This document shows, one piece after another, positions 37,454 to 46,429 of a DNA stretch of 64,000 nucleotides; position 1 is the first letter of the stretch, and each line of letters begins with the position of its first letter. Location of the stretch: contig JAYGFR010000103.1 in the NCBI GenBank assembly GCA_046581755.1, positions 40,526 through 104,525 of the forward strand. Direction: 5' to 3'. The notes under the pieces were generated by a model that did no database searches, was not told where the DNA came from, and was given only the letters and a program-made list of their open reading frames with translations. The DNA comes from Nitrospinota bacterium (GTDB lineage Bacteria > UBA8248). The position numbers and the translations under genes are program-made.

Positions 37454-38368
37454 ATGGCAAATGCCAAAATCATCGGCACCGAACACTGGACGCATCACGG
37501 AGGCGCCGATCTGTTCATCTGGAGGAAGCGGCGCGCCCATCTGAGAAAACCTGCCGGCTCGGTCATTCTCGTGCACGGCTCTTCGATGGCCTCCACCCCT
37601 TCCTTCGATCTCCAGGTGCCGGGGCGTCCTGGCCACTCCCTGATGGATTATCTCGCCGAGCGCGGTTACGACGTTTGGTGCATGGACCACGAGGGCTATG
37701 GACGCTCCACTAAAAACAGGAAAGTTCACGCCGGGATCAAGCGGGGGGCCGAAGACCTCCTCGCCACGGCGAAATATATCCGAAAAGAAAGCGGCGCCAA
37801 AATATTCCTCATGTACGGAATCTCCTCCGGCGCGCTCCGGGCCGCCCTTTTCGCGCAAAAATATTCTCAATTCGTTCAGCGGGTCGTGCTCGACGCCTTC
37901 GTTTGGACAGGAAAGGGCAGCCCGACCCTGAAGGATCGGGCCAAGCGCTTCGCGAATTCCAAGGGCACCGACCGCCGGCCCATTCACTCAAAATTCATCC
38001 GCACCATCTTCAGCCGCGACAAGCACGCCAAGGCGGCCTCCCCGGACGTGGTCAATGCCTTCGCCGAGGCCTGCTGCGAGCTCGACGACTCGGTCCCGAA
38101 CGGGACCTACATCGACATGACCCGGCGCCTCCCCCAGGTGAATCCCCGCAAGCTCAAGGTGCCCGTCCTCATTACCCGGGGGGAGTGGGACGGCATCGCC
38201 TCCTACGAGGACCTGATGGAGTTCTTTCACCTGCTGCCCAATCCGGACAAGCAGTTCGCCGTCATGCCCGGCATCTCGCACGCCAGCCTTCAGATGAAGA
38301 ATTTCGAGATCGTCTTCCATCTGATCGAGCGCTTTTTCAGCCAGCCCGCCCCGATTTTCAAGGGCTAG
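37454..38368 (+). CDS. Alpha/beta fold hydrolase
   Basis: LVHGSS, DHEGYGRS, GISSG nucleophile elbow, RGEWDG, GISHA. Confidence 0.87.
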   Translation: MANAKIIGTEHWTHHGGADLFIWRKRRAHLRKPAGSVILVHGSSMASTPSFDLQVPGRPGHSLMDYLAERGYDVWCMDHEGYGRSTKNRKVHAGIKRGAEDLLATAKYIRKESGAKIFLMYGISSGALRAALFAQKYSQFVQRVVLDAFVWTGKGSPTLKDRAKRFANSKGTDRRPIHSKFIRTIFSRDKHAKAASPDVVNAFAEACCELDDSVPNGTYIDMTRRLPQVNPRKLKVPVLITRGEWDGIASYEDLMEFFHLLPNPDKQFAVMPGISHASLQMKNFEIVFHLIERFFSQPAPIFKG

Positions 38369-38408
38369 CCAATTTTCAAGGGCTAGCCAATTGGCCAGGG
38401 CTAGCCAA
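38355..38408 (+). repeat. 18-bp tandem repeat x3 duplicating the gene 3' end including its TAG stop
   Basis: ttttcaagggctagccaa ttttcaagggctagccaa ttggccagggctagccaa. Confidence 0.85.
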
Positions 38409-38568
38409 TTGGTTGATTTGGCGACCCCGTGAGGATAGATTAAGGGCAAGCTCATCAGGGCAATATCCGACATGAAATCGCCACTCCCGAGGGGCGGCGG
38501 GCCGGGTCCGGCTCCCCCACCGGGGCCGCGCCCGATTACGGTATTTTTTTATTAGTGAAGGAGACTCC

Positions 38569-39390
38569 ATGGACACCCAGGATTGGTACACCGTCAACGA
38601 GTTCGCGCCCGGAAGCTATCAGATCACCGAGGGGGGACGCTTCAACTTCCTCCTGCTGCTCGGCGAGGAGAAGGCCCTCGCCATCGACGGCGGAATCGGC
38701 ATCGGCGACCTGCGGAAACTCTACGAAAGCATCACCGACCTTCCCATCGACTTTATTCTCACCCATACGCACTGGGACCACGTCGGCTCGGCGCACCAGT
38801 GGGACAAGGTGGGCGTGCATCCGGCCGGGAAGGATTTGCTGGCGCCGGATCTCAGCAAACAGACCCAGGGTTTTGTGAAAATGTGGACGGGAAACGGAAA
38901 CTCGTTCCCGGACTGGTTCGACGCGGAAAATTACACGATCCCGCCCGCCACCTTCGGCTGGACGCTCCAGGAGGGCGACACCTTCGACCTGGGCGGGCGG
39001 AAATTCCGGGTCTTCGACACCCCGGGCCACTCGCCGTGCAGCATTTCGCTCTACGATGAGCGGGAAAAAATCCTGGTCTCGGGCGATCTCATCCGTTGCG
39101 AGGAGTACCTCTTCCTCCAGGTGCCAACGGCGGTGCTCTCCGACTATCCGCCCTCGCTTCGAAAGATGGAAAAGCTCGCCTCCGAGGTCGAGGTCAAATG
39201 GATCACCTCGGGGCACACCCCGCCCTACGGCGACCCCTCCATCATCGGCGAACTCGCCCAGCAGATGGAAGAGTTCGAGGCCGGCAAGCACGACCCGCCC
39301 AAAAAGGTGGACGGCGGGATGTGGGGAGAAGTGGACGAGTACGAATTCCCCCGCGTCAAGGTCTGGATTCAGGATCACGCGCGCAAATAG
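38569..39390 (+). CDS. MBL-fold metallo-hydrolase (paralogue 1)
   Basis: THTHWDH, TPGHSPCS, SGDL, TSGH. Confidence 0.9.
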   Translation: MDTQDWYTVNEFAPGSYQITEGGRFNFLLLLGEEKALAIDGGIGIGDLRKLYESITDLPIDFILTHTHWDHVGSAHQWDKVGVHPAGKDLLAPDLSKQTQGFVKMWTGNGNSFPDWFDAENYTIPPATFGWTLQEGDTFDLGGRKFRVFDTPGHSPCSISLYDEREKILVSGDLIRCEEYLFLQVPTAVLSDYPPSLRKMEKLASEVEVKWITSGHTPPYGDPSIIGELAQQMEEFEAGKHDPPKKVDGGMWGEVDEYEFPRVKVWIQDHARK

Positions 39391-39467
39391 ACGGCTACGG
39401 GCCCATGGGAGGCCGTGCATATTCCTGGCCGCCCGATTTCATGGCCGCCCGCTTTCCTGGAGAAGCG

Positions 39468-40283
39468 ATGGATACCCAAAACTGGTACGACGCTCAAGAA
39501 TTCGCGCCCGGCACCTACCAGGTCACCGAGGCCGGGCGGTGGAACATGTTTCTCTTCGTTGGCGAGAAAAAAGCCCTCGCCCTCGACGGCGGGCTCGGCG
39601 TGGGGAGTTTCCGGAAATTCTGCGAGAGCGTCACCGATCTGCCCATCGATCACGTCCTGACCCACACCCACTGGGACCATGTCGGCGCCGCCCACGAGTG
39701 GGACGCGGTGGGCGTCCATCCGAACGGCAAGGAAAAGCTCGCCAACGACTATTCGGCCGGGTGCAAGGATTTCGTCGAAACCTGGGAGGGCAAACCATTC
39801 CCCGAGGGATTCGATCCCGCTTCGTTCACCATCCCGCCCGCCATCTTCGGTTGGGAGGTCAAAGAGGGCGACACCATCGATCTCGGCGGGCGCACCCTCC
39901 GCGTCTGGGACACCCCCGGCCATTCGCCGTGCAGCATCTCGCTTTACGAAGACCGCGAGGGCGTCCTCATCACCGGCGATCTCGTCAAGCCGGGCCAGCC
40001 CCTTTTCATCCAGGTGCCAACGGCGGTGCTCTCCCAGTACGGCCCCTCGCTTCGGGTGCTCGAAAAAATCGCCGCCGAAAACGAGGTGAAGTGGGTCTGC
40101 TCCGGCCACACCGACCCCTTCGGCGACCCCTCCGTCATCGGCCGGATGGCCGCCTTCGTCGATGATGTCGCCGCCGCTAAACTCGATCCGCCCAAAAAGG
40201 TGGAGGCCGGGAAATGGGGCGTCGTGGACGAATACGAGGCAGGGGACCTCAAAGCCTGGGTCAACGATAACGCGCGGAAATAA
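39468..40283 (+). CDS. MBL-fold metallo-hydrolase (paralogue 2)
   Basis: THTHWDH, TPGHSPCS, TGDL, CSGH. Confidence 0.9.
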   Translation: MDTQNWYDAQEFAPGTYQVTEAGRWNMFLFVGEKKALALDGGLGVGSFRKFCESVTDLPIDHVLTHTHWDHVGAAHEWDAVGVHPNGKEKLANDYSAGCKDFVETWEGKPFPEGFDPASFTIPPAIFGWEVKEGDTIDLGGRTLRVWDTPGHSPCSISLYEDREGVLITGDLVKPGQPLFIQVPTAVLSQYGPSLRVLEKIAAENEVKWVCSGHTDPFGDPSVIGRMAAFVDDVAAAKLDPPKKVEAGKWGVVDEYEAGDLKAWVNDNARK

Positions 40284-40315
40284 CGCGGGCGGCATTCCGC
40301 CGGGGAGGAGAAAGA

Positions 40316-41135
40316 ATGAGTCCCGAGGGCTGGTTCAGGGTCGAAGAATTCGCGCCGGGCACGATTCAACTCACCGAGGGCGGCCGGTGGAAATTGTTCC
40401 TTCTCATCGGCGATGAAAAAGCCCTGCTCCTCGACAGCGGGGTGGGCTTCGGCGACCTCAGGGCCCTTTGCGAGAGCCTCACCGATCTGCCGATCGATCA
40501 TGTCCTCACCCATACGCACTGGGACCACATCGGCTCCTCCCACCGGTGGGACGCGGTCGGCGTGCACCCCAACGGAAAAAGCGAGCTGGCGAACGACCAC
40601 TCCAAAAATGTGCGGCGAGGTCATCCAGGACTGGGGGGACGGGCTGCCCTTCCCGCCCGGGTTCGATCCCGAGGGCTACACGATTCCGCCCGCCACCTTC
40701 GGGCGGGAGGTCAAAGAGGGAGACACCATCGATCTCGGCGGGCGCACCCTCCGCGTCTGGGACACCTCCGGCCACTCGCCGTGCAGCATCTCCCTTCTCG
40801 ACGACAGGGAGGGCGTCCTCATCACCGGAGATCTCGTCAAGCCCCTTCAACCGCTCAACCTGCGGGTTCCCACCGCGGTCCTCTCCGAATACGGCCCCTC
40901 GCTTCGAAAACTCGAAAAGGTGGCCCCCGAAAACGAGGTGAAGTGGGTCTGCTCCGGCCACACGGACGGGTTCCCGGATTCCTCCATCATCGGCGAGATG
41001 GCGCGGTTCATGGAAGAAATCGAGGCGGGCAAGCACGACCCGCCCCGGAAAATGACCCACCCCAACGCCGGGCAGATCGACGTCTACCAGGCCACCCGCT
41101 TTTCGGTCTGGATCACTGACACCGCCAGAAGGTAG
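40316..41135 (+). pseudogene. MBL-fold metallo-hydrolase (paralogue 3), frameshifted in an A5 run at 40604-40608
   Basis: First frame runs to THTHWDH...ANDHSK. The second frame MCGEVIQDW...TSGHSPCS...CSGH aligns with paralogues 1 and 2. Confidence 0.85.
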
Positions 41136-41177
41136 CCCGCACCCTTCGCGGCAGCGGCAATTCGGGAGGATGAACAC

Positions 41178-43124
41178 TTGAACGAAACCGAAGTCATCTG
41201 GCGACCCAGCCGGGATTTCAGGGAAAACAGCCACGTCGCCCGGCTCATGAAAAAGCTCGGCCACTCGGACTACCGCGAGCTTCTCGCCTGGTCGGTCGCG
41301 GACATCCGCCGCTTCTGGGAGGTCATCCTCGATGACATGGGCTTTGTGTGGCAGCGCCCCTACGACGAACTTCTGGACCTGAGCGGGGGCTTCCCCTGGC
41401 CCAAGTGGTTCGTGGGCGGGGAGACGAACATCGTTCTCAACTGCCTCGACCGCCACGCCGGGGGCCCGCGCCGGGACGACGCCGCTCTCATTTGGGAGGG
41501 GGACGGCGGCGAGGTGCGGCGGTTCACCTTCGGCGAGCTCTCCGCCGAGGTCTCCAAGCTCGCCAACGCCATCCGCGCGGCGGGCCTCAAGCCCGGCGAC
41601 ACGGCCGGGGTGTTCCTTCCCCTCGTACCCGAGGCGGTTATTGTCATGTACGCCTGCTTCAAGACGGGGGTCGCGGTTCTCCCCGTCTTCTCGGGCTTTG
41701 GCCCCGAGGGGCTGGCCGAGCGCCTCGCCCACGCCGGGGCGAAAATCCTCTTCACGGTGGACGGCGCCATCCGGCGCGGAAAAACCATCCCCCTCAAGGC
41801 GACCGCCGACACCGCCCTGACCAAGGAGAATTTGGTCGAAAAAGTCGTCGTCGTCCGCCGCTCGGGGGGCGATGTCTCCATGACCCCTGGGCGCGACATC
41901 TGGTGGGACGATTTCACCGCCGATCAATCCACAAGCGCCGAAACCGAGCGCCTGCCCTCGAACGCTGTTTCGATGATCATGTACACCTCGGGCACGACCG
42001 GAAAACCCAAGGGCACCCGCTACTCCCATGCCGGCCTCCTCACCGGCCCCGGCCGCGAGCTTCGCTACTGCTTCGACATGCGCGAGGGCGACACCATGTA
42101 TTGGGTCACCGACTTCGGGTGGGTGATGGCGCCCTACGAGCTGGTCGGCGCCCATTTCAGCGGGAACGCCTGCCTCCTCTACGAGAGCGTGCCCAACCAT
42201 CCGAACCCCGACCGCCTCTGGCAAATCGTCTCGGACCACAAAGTCACCCACCTCGGGCTGTCGCCCACCGCCATCCGCGTCCTCATCGGCGCGGGGGACA
42301 AATGGGTGGAAAACCACGACCTGTCCTCCCTGCGCGTTTTGGGCTCGACAGGCGAGCCCTGGGACCCGGAATCCTACATGTGGTATTTCGAAAAAGTGGG
42401 CGGGAGCCGCTGCCCGATCATGAACATCTCGGGCGGCACTGAGATCGGCGCCTGCCTCCTCCAGCCGCTGCCGGTCATGGACCTCACCATCGGCACGGTG
42501 GGCGCGCCCGCCATGGGCACCGACACCGACGTTTTCGGCGAGGACGGCAAGCCCGTCCGGAACGAGGTCGGGCATCTGGTCCTGAAGCAGCCGATCCCCT
42601 CCCTGACGATGGGTTTTTTGAACGAGCCTGACCGGTACGTCGATACCTACTTCTCGCGCTGGGAGGGGGTCTGGTACCACGGCGACTGGGCCAAGGTGGA
42701 CGAGGCCGGGCTCTGGTACCTCTACGGCCGCTCGGACGACACCCTCAAGATCGCCGGCAAGCGCGTGGGGCCCAGCGAGATCGAATCCGAGATTATCAAG
42801 CATCCCGGAGTCATCGAGGCCGCCGCCATCGGCACCCCCCACCCCATCAAGGGCGAGGGGATCACCTGCTTCGTCGTCATGGGGGACGGCTATCCGCCCA
42901 CCGACGCCCTCCGTGAGGAGATCAAGGACCAGGCCGTCGAGTATCTTGGCAAAAGCCTCCGGCCCGACGAGGTGAAATTCGTCCAGGCCCTGCCCAAAAC
43001 CCGCTCCGCCAAGATCGTCCGCGGCGCCATCAAAAAAGTGTATTTGGGGCAGGATATCGGGCACATGGATTTGAGCTCCCTGGAGAACCCGGATGTCCTG
43101 GATGCGATACGGGAGGCGGTTTAG
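41178..43124 (+). CDS. Acyl-CoA synthetase (acetyl-CoA synthetase-like, AMP-forming)
   Basis: YTSGTTGKPKG, GSTGEPW, NISGGTE, WYHGD, GRSDD, LPKTRSAKIVR. Confidence 0.92.
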   Translation: MNETEVIWRPSRDFRENSHVARLMKKLGHSDYRELLAWSVADIRRFWEVILDDMGFVWQRPYDELLDLSGGFPWPKWFVGGETNIVLNCLDRHAGGPRRDDAALIWEGDGGEVRRFTFGELSAEVSKLANAIRAAGLKPGDTAGVFLPLVPEAVIVMYACFKTGVAVLPVFSGFGPEGLAERLAHAGAKILFTVDGAIRRGKTIPLKATADTALTKENLVEKVVVVRRSGGDVSMTPGRDIWWDDFTADQSTSAETERLPSNAVSMIMYTSGTTGKPKGTRYSHAGLLTGPGRELRYCFDMREGDTMYWVTDFGWVMAPYELVGAHFSGNACLLYESVPNHPNPDRLWQIVSDHKVTHLGLSPTAIRVLIGAGDKWVENHDLSSLRVLGSTGEPWDPESYMWYFEKVGGSRCPIMNISGGTEIGACLLQPLPVMDLTIGTVGAPAMGTDTDVFGEDGKPVRNEVGHLVLKQPIPSLTMGFLNEPDRYVDTYFSRWEGVWYHGDWAKVDEAGLWYLYGRSDDTLKIAGKRVGPSEIESEIIKHPGVIEAAAIGTPHPIKGEGITCFVVMGDGYPPTDALREEIKDQAVEYLGKSLRPDEVKFVQALPKTRSAKIVRGAIKKVYLGQDIGHMDLSSLENPDVLDAIREAV

Positions 43125-43211
43125 GGAGGAGCTAATATAGGGTAAAAGAAAGGTCTATATGCCGCTGGGCAGTGAACCATCAGGCCCTTAATAAATTCAG
43201 GAGATTTATCA

Positions 43212-44090
43212 TTGGCTCGGTTTTCGGAACGGATTGGCATCGTCGAGCCCAAACCGCTCGTCCAGATCGAAGGGATGACCCTGGAGTTGCGGAACTCGCT
43301 TTGGAATTTGATCTACGGACTCTACGAGAACCGACACAAAGATTACTGGAGGCAGGTCGCGCAGTTCATAGCTGAACACTTTCGGAAGGTGCCAGTCGAC
43401 GAATTGCCATACCGAGATTACGAATGTCGCGACTGGGTAAAAGACTACTTCTTTAAACTTGAATGGCACGAGGTGTACGACCTCGTTGAGTTCATCGATA
43501 ACAACCATATTATTATGACCCGCCAGAAACATTCACCCTACGAAGACCGTTACATTTACCATTCAGTAAAACCCGACCAAATCAAAAAAGCGGTTAACAC
43601 GATCCTTCAAGGGGAGCTCACAGGGTTTCGGTTCATCTCTGGTACCCGGGTACCGATTTCGGACGAGGCCGAGGTCATAGAAGTCGAGGAAGCTACACCG
43701 CGCTCGAAAACTGTAGGCCTCTCGGGGACAACGAAACACATTCGCACCGCTCTTGAACTTTTCGGAAAGAAGCCGAACCCCGATTACCGGAATGCTACGA
43801 AAGAAGCCATAAGTGCAGTCGAATCGGCCGTAAAGCAACTTTCTGGGGCGAATTCGTCCGGCTTAGACGGAGCACTCGATGAGTTATCGCGCAAGACCAG
43901 CATCCACGGAGCACTTAAGTCCGCTTTTAAAAAGCTTTACGGGTACACGAGTGACGAAGACGGAATTAGACATGCAATCCTGGAGGAAAATGAAGTCGGG
44001 TTCGATGAGGCAAAATACATGATCGTCGCTTGTTCGGCGTTCGTGAACTTCCTCATTTCCAAGGCTGACGCTGCCAATTTACTCCCCTGA
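43212..44090 (+). CDS. AbiJ-NTD4-like domain protein with an abortive-infection/HEPN-like C-terminus
   Basis: RFSERIG...LRNSLWN, WHEVYDLVEF, PDYRNATKEAISAVES, LYGYTSDEDGIRHA, EAKYMIVACSAFVNFL; clearly lower GC than the flanks. Confidence 0.72.
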   Translation: MARFSERIGIVEPKPLVQIEGMTLELRNSLWNLIYGLYENRHKDYWRQVAQFIAEHFRKVPVDELPYRDYECRDWVKDYFFKLEWHEVYDLVEFIDNNHIIMTRQKHSPYEDRYIYHSVKPDQIKKAVNTILQGELTGFRFISGTRVPISDEAEVIEVEEATPRSKTVGLSGTTKHIRTALELFGKKPNPDYRNATKEAISAVESAVKQLSGANSSGLDGALDELSRKTSIHGALKSAFKKLYGYTSDEDGIRHAILEENEVGFDEAKYMIVACSAFVNFLISKADAANLLP

Positions 44091-44106
44091 CAAGATGTAC
44101 CAATCT

Positions 44107-44189
44107 CCCTCACCCCGCCCCTCTCCCGGAGGGAGAGGGAGGTATGAAGTTCTTTGGAGGTATGGAACCTTTCTTCCAAGAAAGGTTCC
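44107..44189. repeat. Two REP-like palindromes
   Basis: CCCTCTCCC-GGA-GGGAGAGGG (44119-44139, preceded by CCCTCACCCCG) and GGAACCTTTCTT-CC-AAGAAAGGTTCC (44164-44189). Confidence 0.7.
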
Positions 44190-44209
44190 GGGATGTTGAT
44201 TCTTAAAGG

Positions 44210-46165
44210 ATGGACACGATGAAAGCTCCCGAAGTCATCTGGCGTCCCTCGGACGATTTTCTCGAAAACTCCAACATCGCGCGGCTCATGAAAAAACAGG
44301 GATTAGCCGGCTACCGGGAGCTATTGGACTGGTCGGTGGAGGACAGCCCGCGCTTTTGGAGCGCTGTCATGGAAGACATGGGCGTCGAATGGTACCGCCC
44401 CTTCGACCGGGTGCTCGACACGAGCGGCGGATTCCCGTGGGCGAAATGGTTCGTGGGCGGGGAGATCAACATCGTCCACAACTGCATCGACCGGCATCTG
44501 CAAGGCCCCAAAAAGGATCAGACCGCCCTCATCTGGGAGGGCGACGGCGGCGAGGTGCGCCGGTTCACCTATGCCGAGATGTCGGCGGAGGTATCGAAAC
44601 TCGCCGGGGCCATGCGCGCGATGGGCATCAAACCCGGGGACGCGGCGGGCATCTTCATGCCCATGATCCCCGAGACGGTCTTCGCCATGTTCGCCTGCTT
44701 CAAGGTAGGGGCGGTGGCGATCCCGATTTTTTCGGGCTTTGGCCCCGAGGCCGTCGGCGAGCGGCTGGCCCACGCCGAGGCGCGGGTGGTATTCACCACG
44801 GATGGCGGCGAGCGGCGCGGCAAGGAGATTAGGGTCAAGCCCACGCTTGATGAGGCGCTGAACCGCGAGACGGCGGTGGAAAAAGTGGTCGTCTATCCTC
44901 GGACGGGCGCTTCGGTCCTCATGCGGGCGGGGCGGGACGTGACCTGGGCGGAGTTCACCGAAGGGCAATCCACCACCGCCGAGACCGAGCGCCTGCCCGC
45001 CGAAGCGCACGCGCTCATCCTCTACACCTCGGGGACGACCGGGCGGCCCAAGGGGACGATTCACACCCACGGCGGCTCCATCGCGACGATTGCGAAAGAG
45101 GTCGGCTACTGCATGGACTACCGCGAGGGGGACGTTTTCTTCTGGGTGACCGACATCGGCTGGATGATGGGTCCCTGGGAGTTCATCGGGGTGCAGTTTT
45201 ACGGCGGGACGTATTTCATCTTCGACGGCGCGCCGAACTGGCCCGAGCCCGACCGCCTCTGGCGGATGATCGCCGCGCACGGCATCACCTCGTTCGGCGT
45301 CTCGCCCACGGCCATCCGCCTCTTCGCTAGCGCGGGGGAGGGGTGGGTGAAAAAACACGACCTCGCCTCCCTGCGGATTCTCGGATCGACGGGCGAGCCC
45401 TGGGACCCGGAATCCTACATGTGGTACTTCGAAAAAGTGGGCGGCGGGCGCTGCCCGGTCATGAACATCTCGGGCGGGACCGAACTGGCCGGATGCCTGC
45501 TCCAGCCCTATCCAATCGCAGAGCTGACGCCCTGCTCGCTCGGCGGCCCGGCGCTGGGGGTGGACACCGATGTATTCAACGAGGAGGGCAAGCCCGTGAA
45601 GGGCGAGATCGGCCACCTGGTCTGCAAGCAGCCCGTCCCCTCGATGACGAAAGGATTTCTGAACGAGGATGAGCGCTACATCGAGACCTACTTCTCCCGC
45701 TGGCCGGAGGTCTGGTATCACGGCGACTGGGCCCGGGTGGACGAGGACGGCCAGTGGTACCTTTTCGGCCGCTCGGACGACACCATCAACGTCGCCGGAA
45801 AGCGGGTGGGGCCCGCCGAGGTCGAGTCCGCCCTCATCGCGCACCCCGCGGTCGTCGAGGCGGCCACCATCGGCACGCCGCACCCCATCAAGGGGGAGGG
45901 GCTCACCTGCTTCGTCGTGCTGGGCGGGGATTACGAGCCTACCGACGCCCTTCGCGAGGAGCTCAAGGACGAGGCCGTGAAATACCTCGGCAAGAGCCTG
46001 CGGCCCGAGGAGGTGAAATTCGTCGAGGCGCTTCCCAAGACCCGCTCGGCCAAGATCGTGCGCGGCGCCATCAAGCGGATTTATCTGGGAGAGGACCCGG
46101 AGCGCATCGATACGAGTTCCATCGAGGTTCCCGAGATTCTTCTGGCCATCGCCAAGGCCTTGTAG
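44210..46165 (+). CDS. Acyl-CoA synthetase (paralogue of 41178-43124)
   Basis: YTSGTTGRPKG, GSTGEPWDPESY, NISGGTE, LPKTRSAKIVR. Confidence 0.92.
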   Translation: MDTMKAPEVIWRPSDDFLENSNIARLMKKQGLAGYRELLDWSVEDSPRFWSAVMEDMGVEWYRPFDRVLDTSGGFPWAKWFVGGEINIVHNCIDRHLQGPKKDQTALIWEGDGGEVRRFTYAEMSAEVSKLAGAMRAMGIKPGDAAGIFMPMIPETVFAMFACFKVGAVAIPIFSGFGPEAVGERLAHAEARVVFTTDGGERRGKEIRVKPTLDEALNRETAVEKVVVYPRTGASVLMRAGRDVTWAEFTEGQSTTAETERLPAEAHALILYTSGTTGRPKGTIHTHGGSIATIAKEVGYCMDYREGDVFFWVTDIGWMMGPWEFIGVQFYGGTYFIFDGAPNWPEPDRLWRMIAAHGITSFGVSPTAIRLFASAGEGWVKKHDLASLRILGSTGEPWDPESYMWYFEKVGGGRCPVMNISGGTELAGCLLQPYPIAELTPCSLGGPALGVDTDVFNEEGKPVKGEIGHLVCKQPVPSMTKGFLNEDERYIETYFSRWPEVWYHGDWARVDEDGQWYLFGRSDDTINVAGKRVGPAEVESALIAHPAVVEAATIGTPHPIKGEGLTCFVVLGGDYEPTDALREELKDEAVKYLGKSLRPEEVKFVEALPKTRSAKIVRGAIKRIYLGEDPERIDTSSIEVPEILLAIAKAL

Positions 46166-46429
46166 CTCTCCGCTATGCGCCGCGCGCCGCCGCGCCGCCG
46201 CCGCGCGCGTGAATTTACCCGGGCGGGTCGTCTCCGCGCGCATGGTTTCGCCGGAGAAGCGGAGTCCTCCCACGGCATCCATCCCGGGCAACCACCCACG
46301 GCACTCTTTCCGGGCAATCGCCGCCCATCGCGCGCCGCATGCCGGTACCATTATTTTACTTGTCCGAAATGATACCAGGCGGGATTTGTTGGTATGCTCA
46401 TGGGGATCAAATCCCCGAGGGAAAAACCA

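Noticed and set aside
38355..38412. Possible CRISPR or mini-array
   Set aside because: Contiguous 18-bp units without spacers, and no cas genes.
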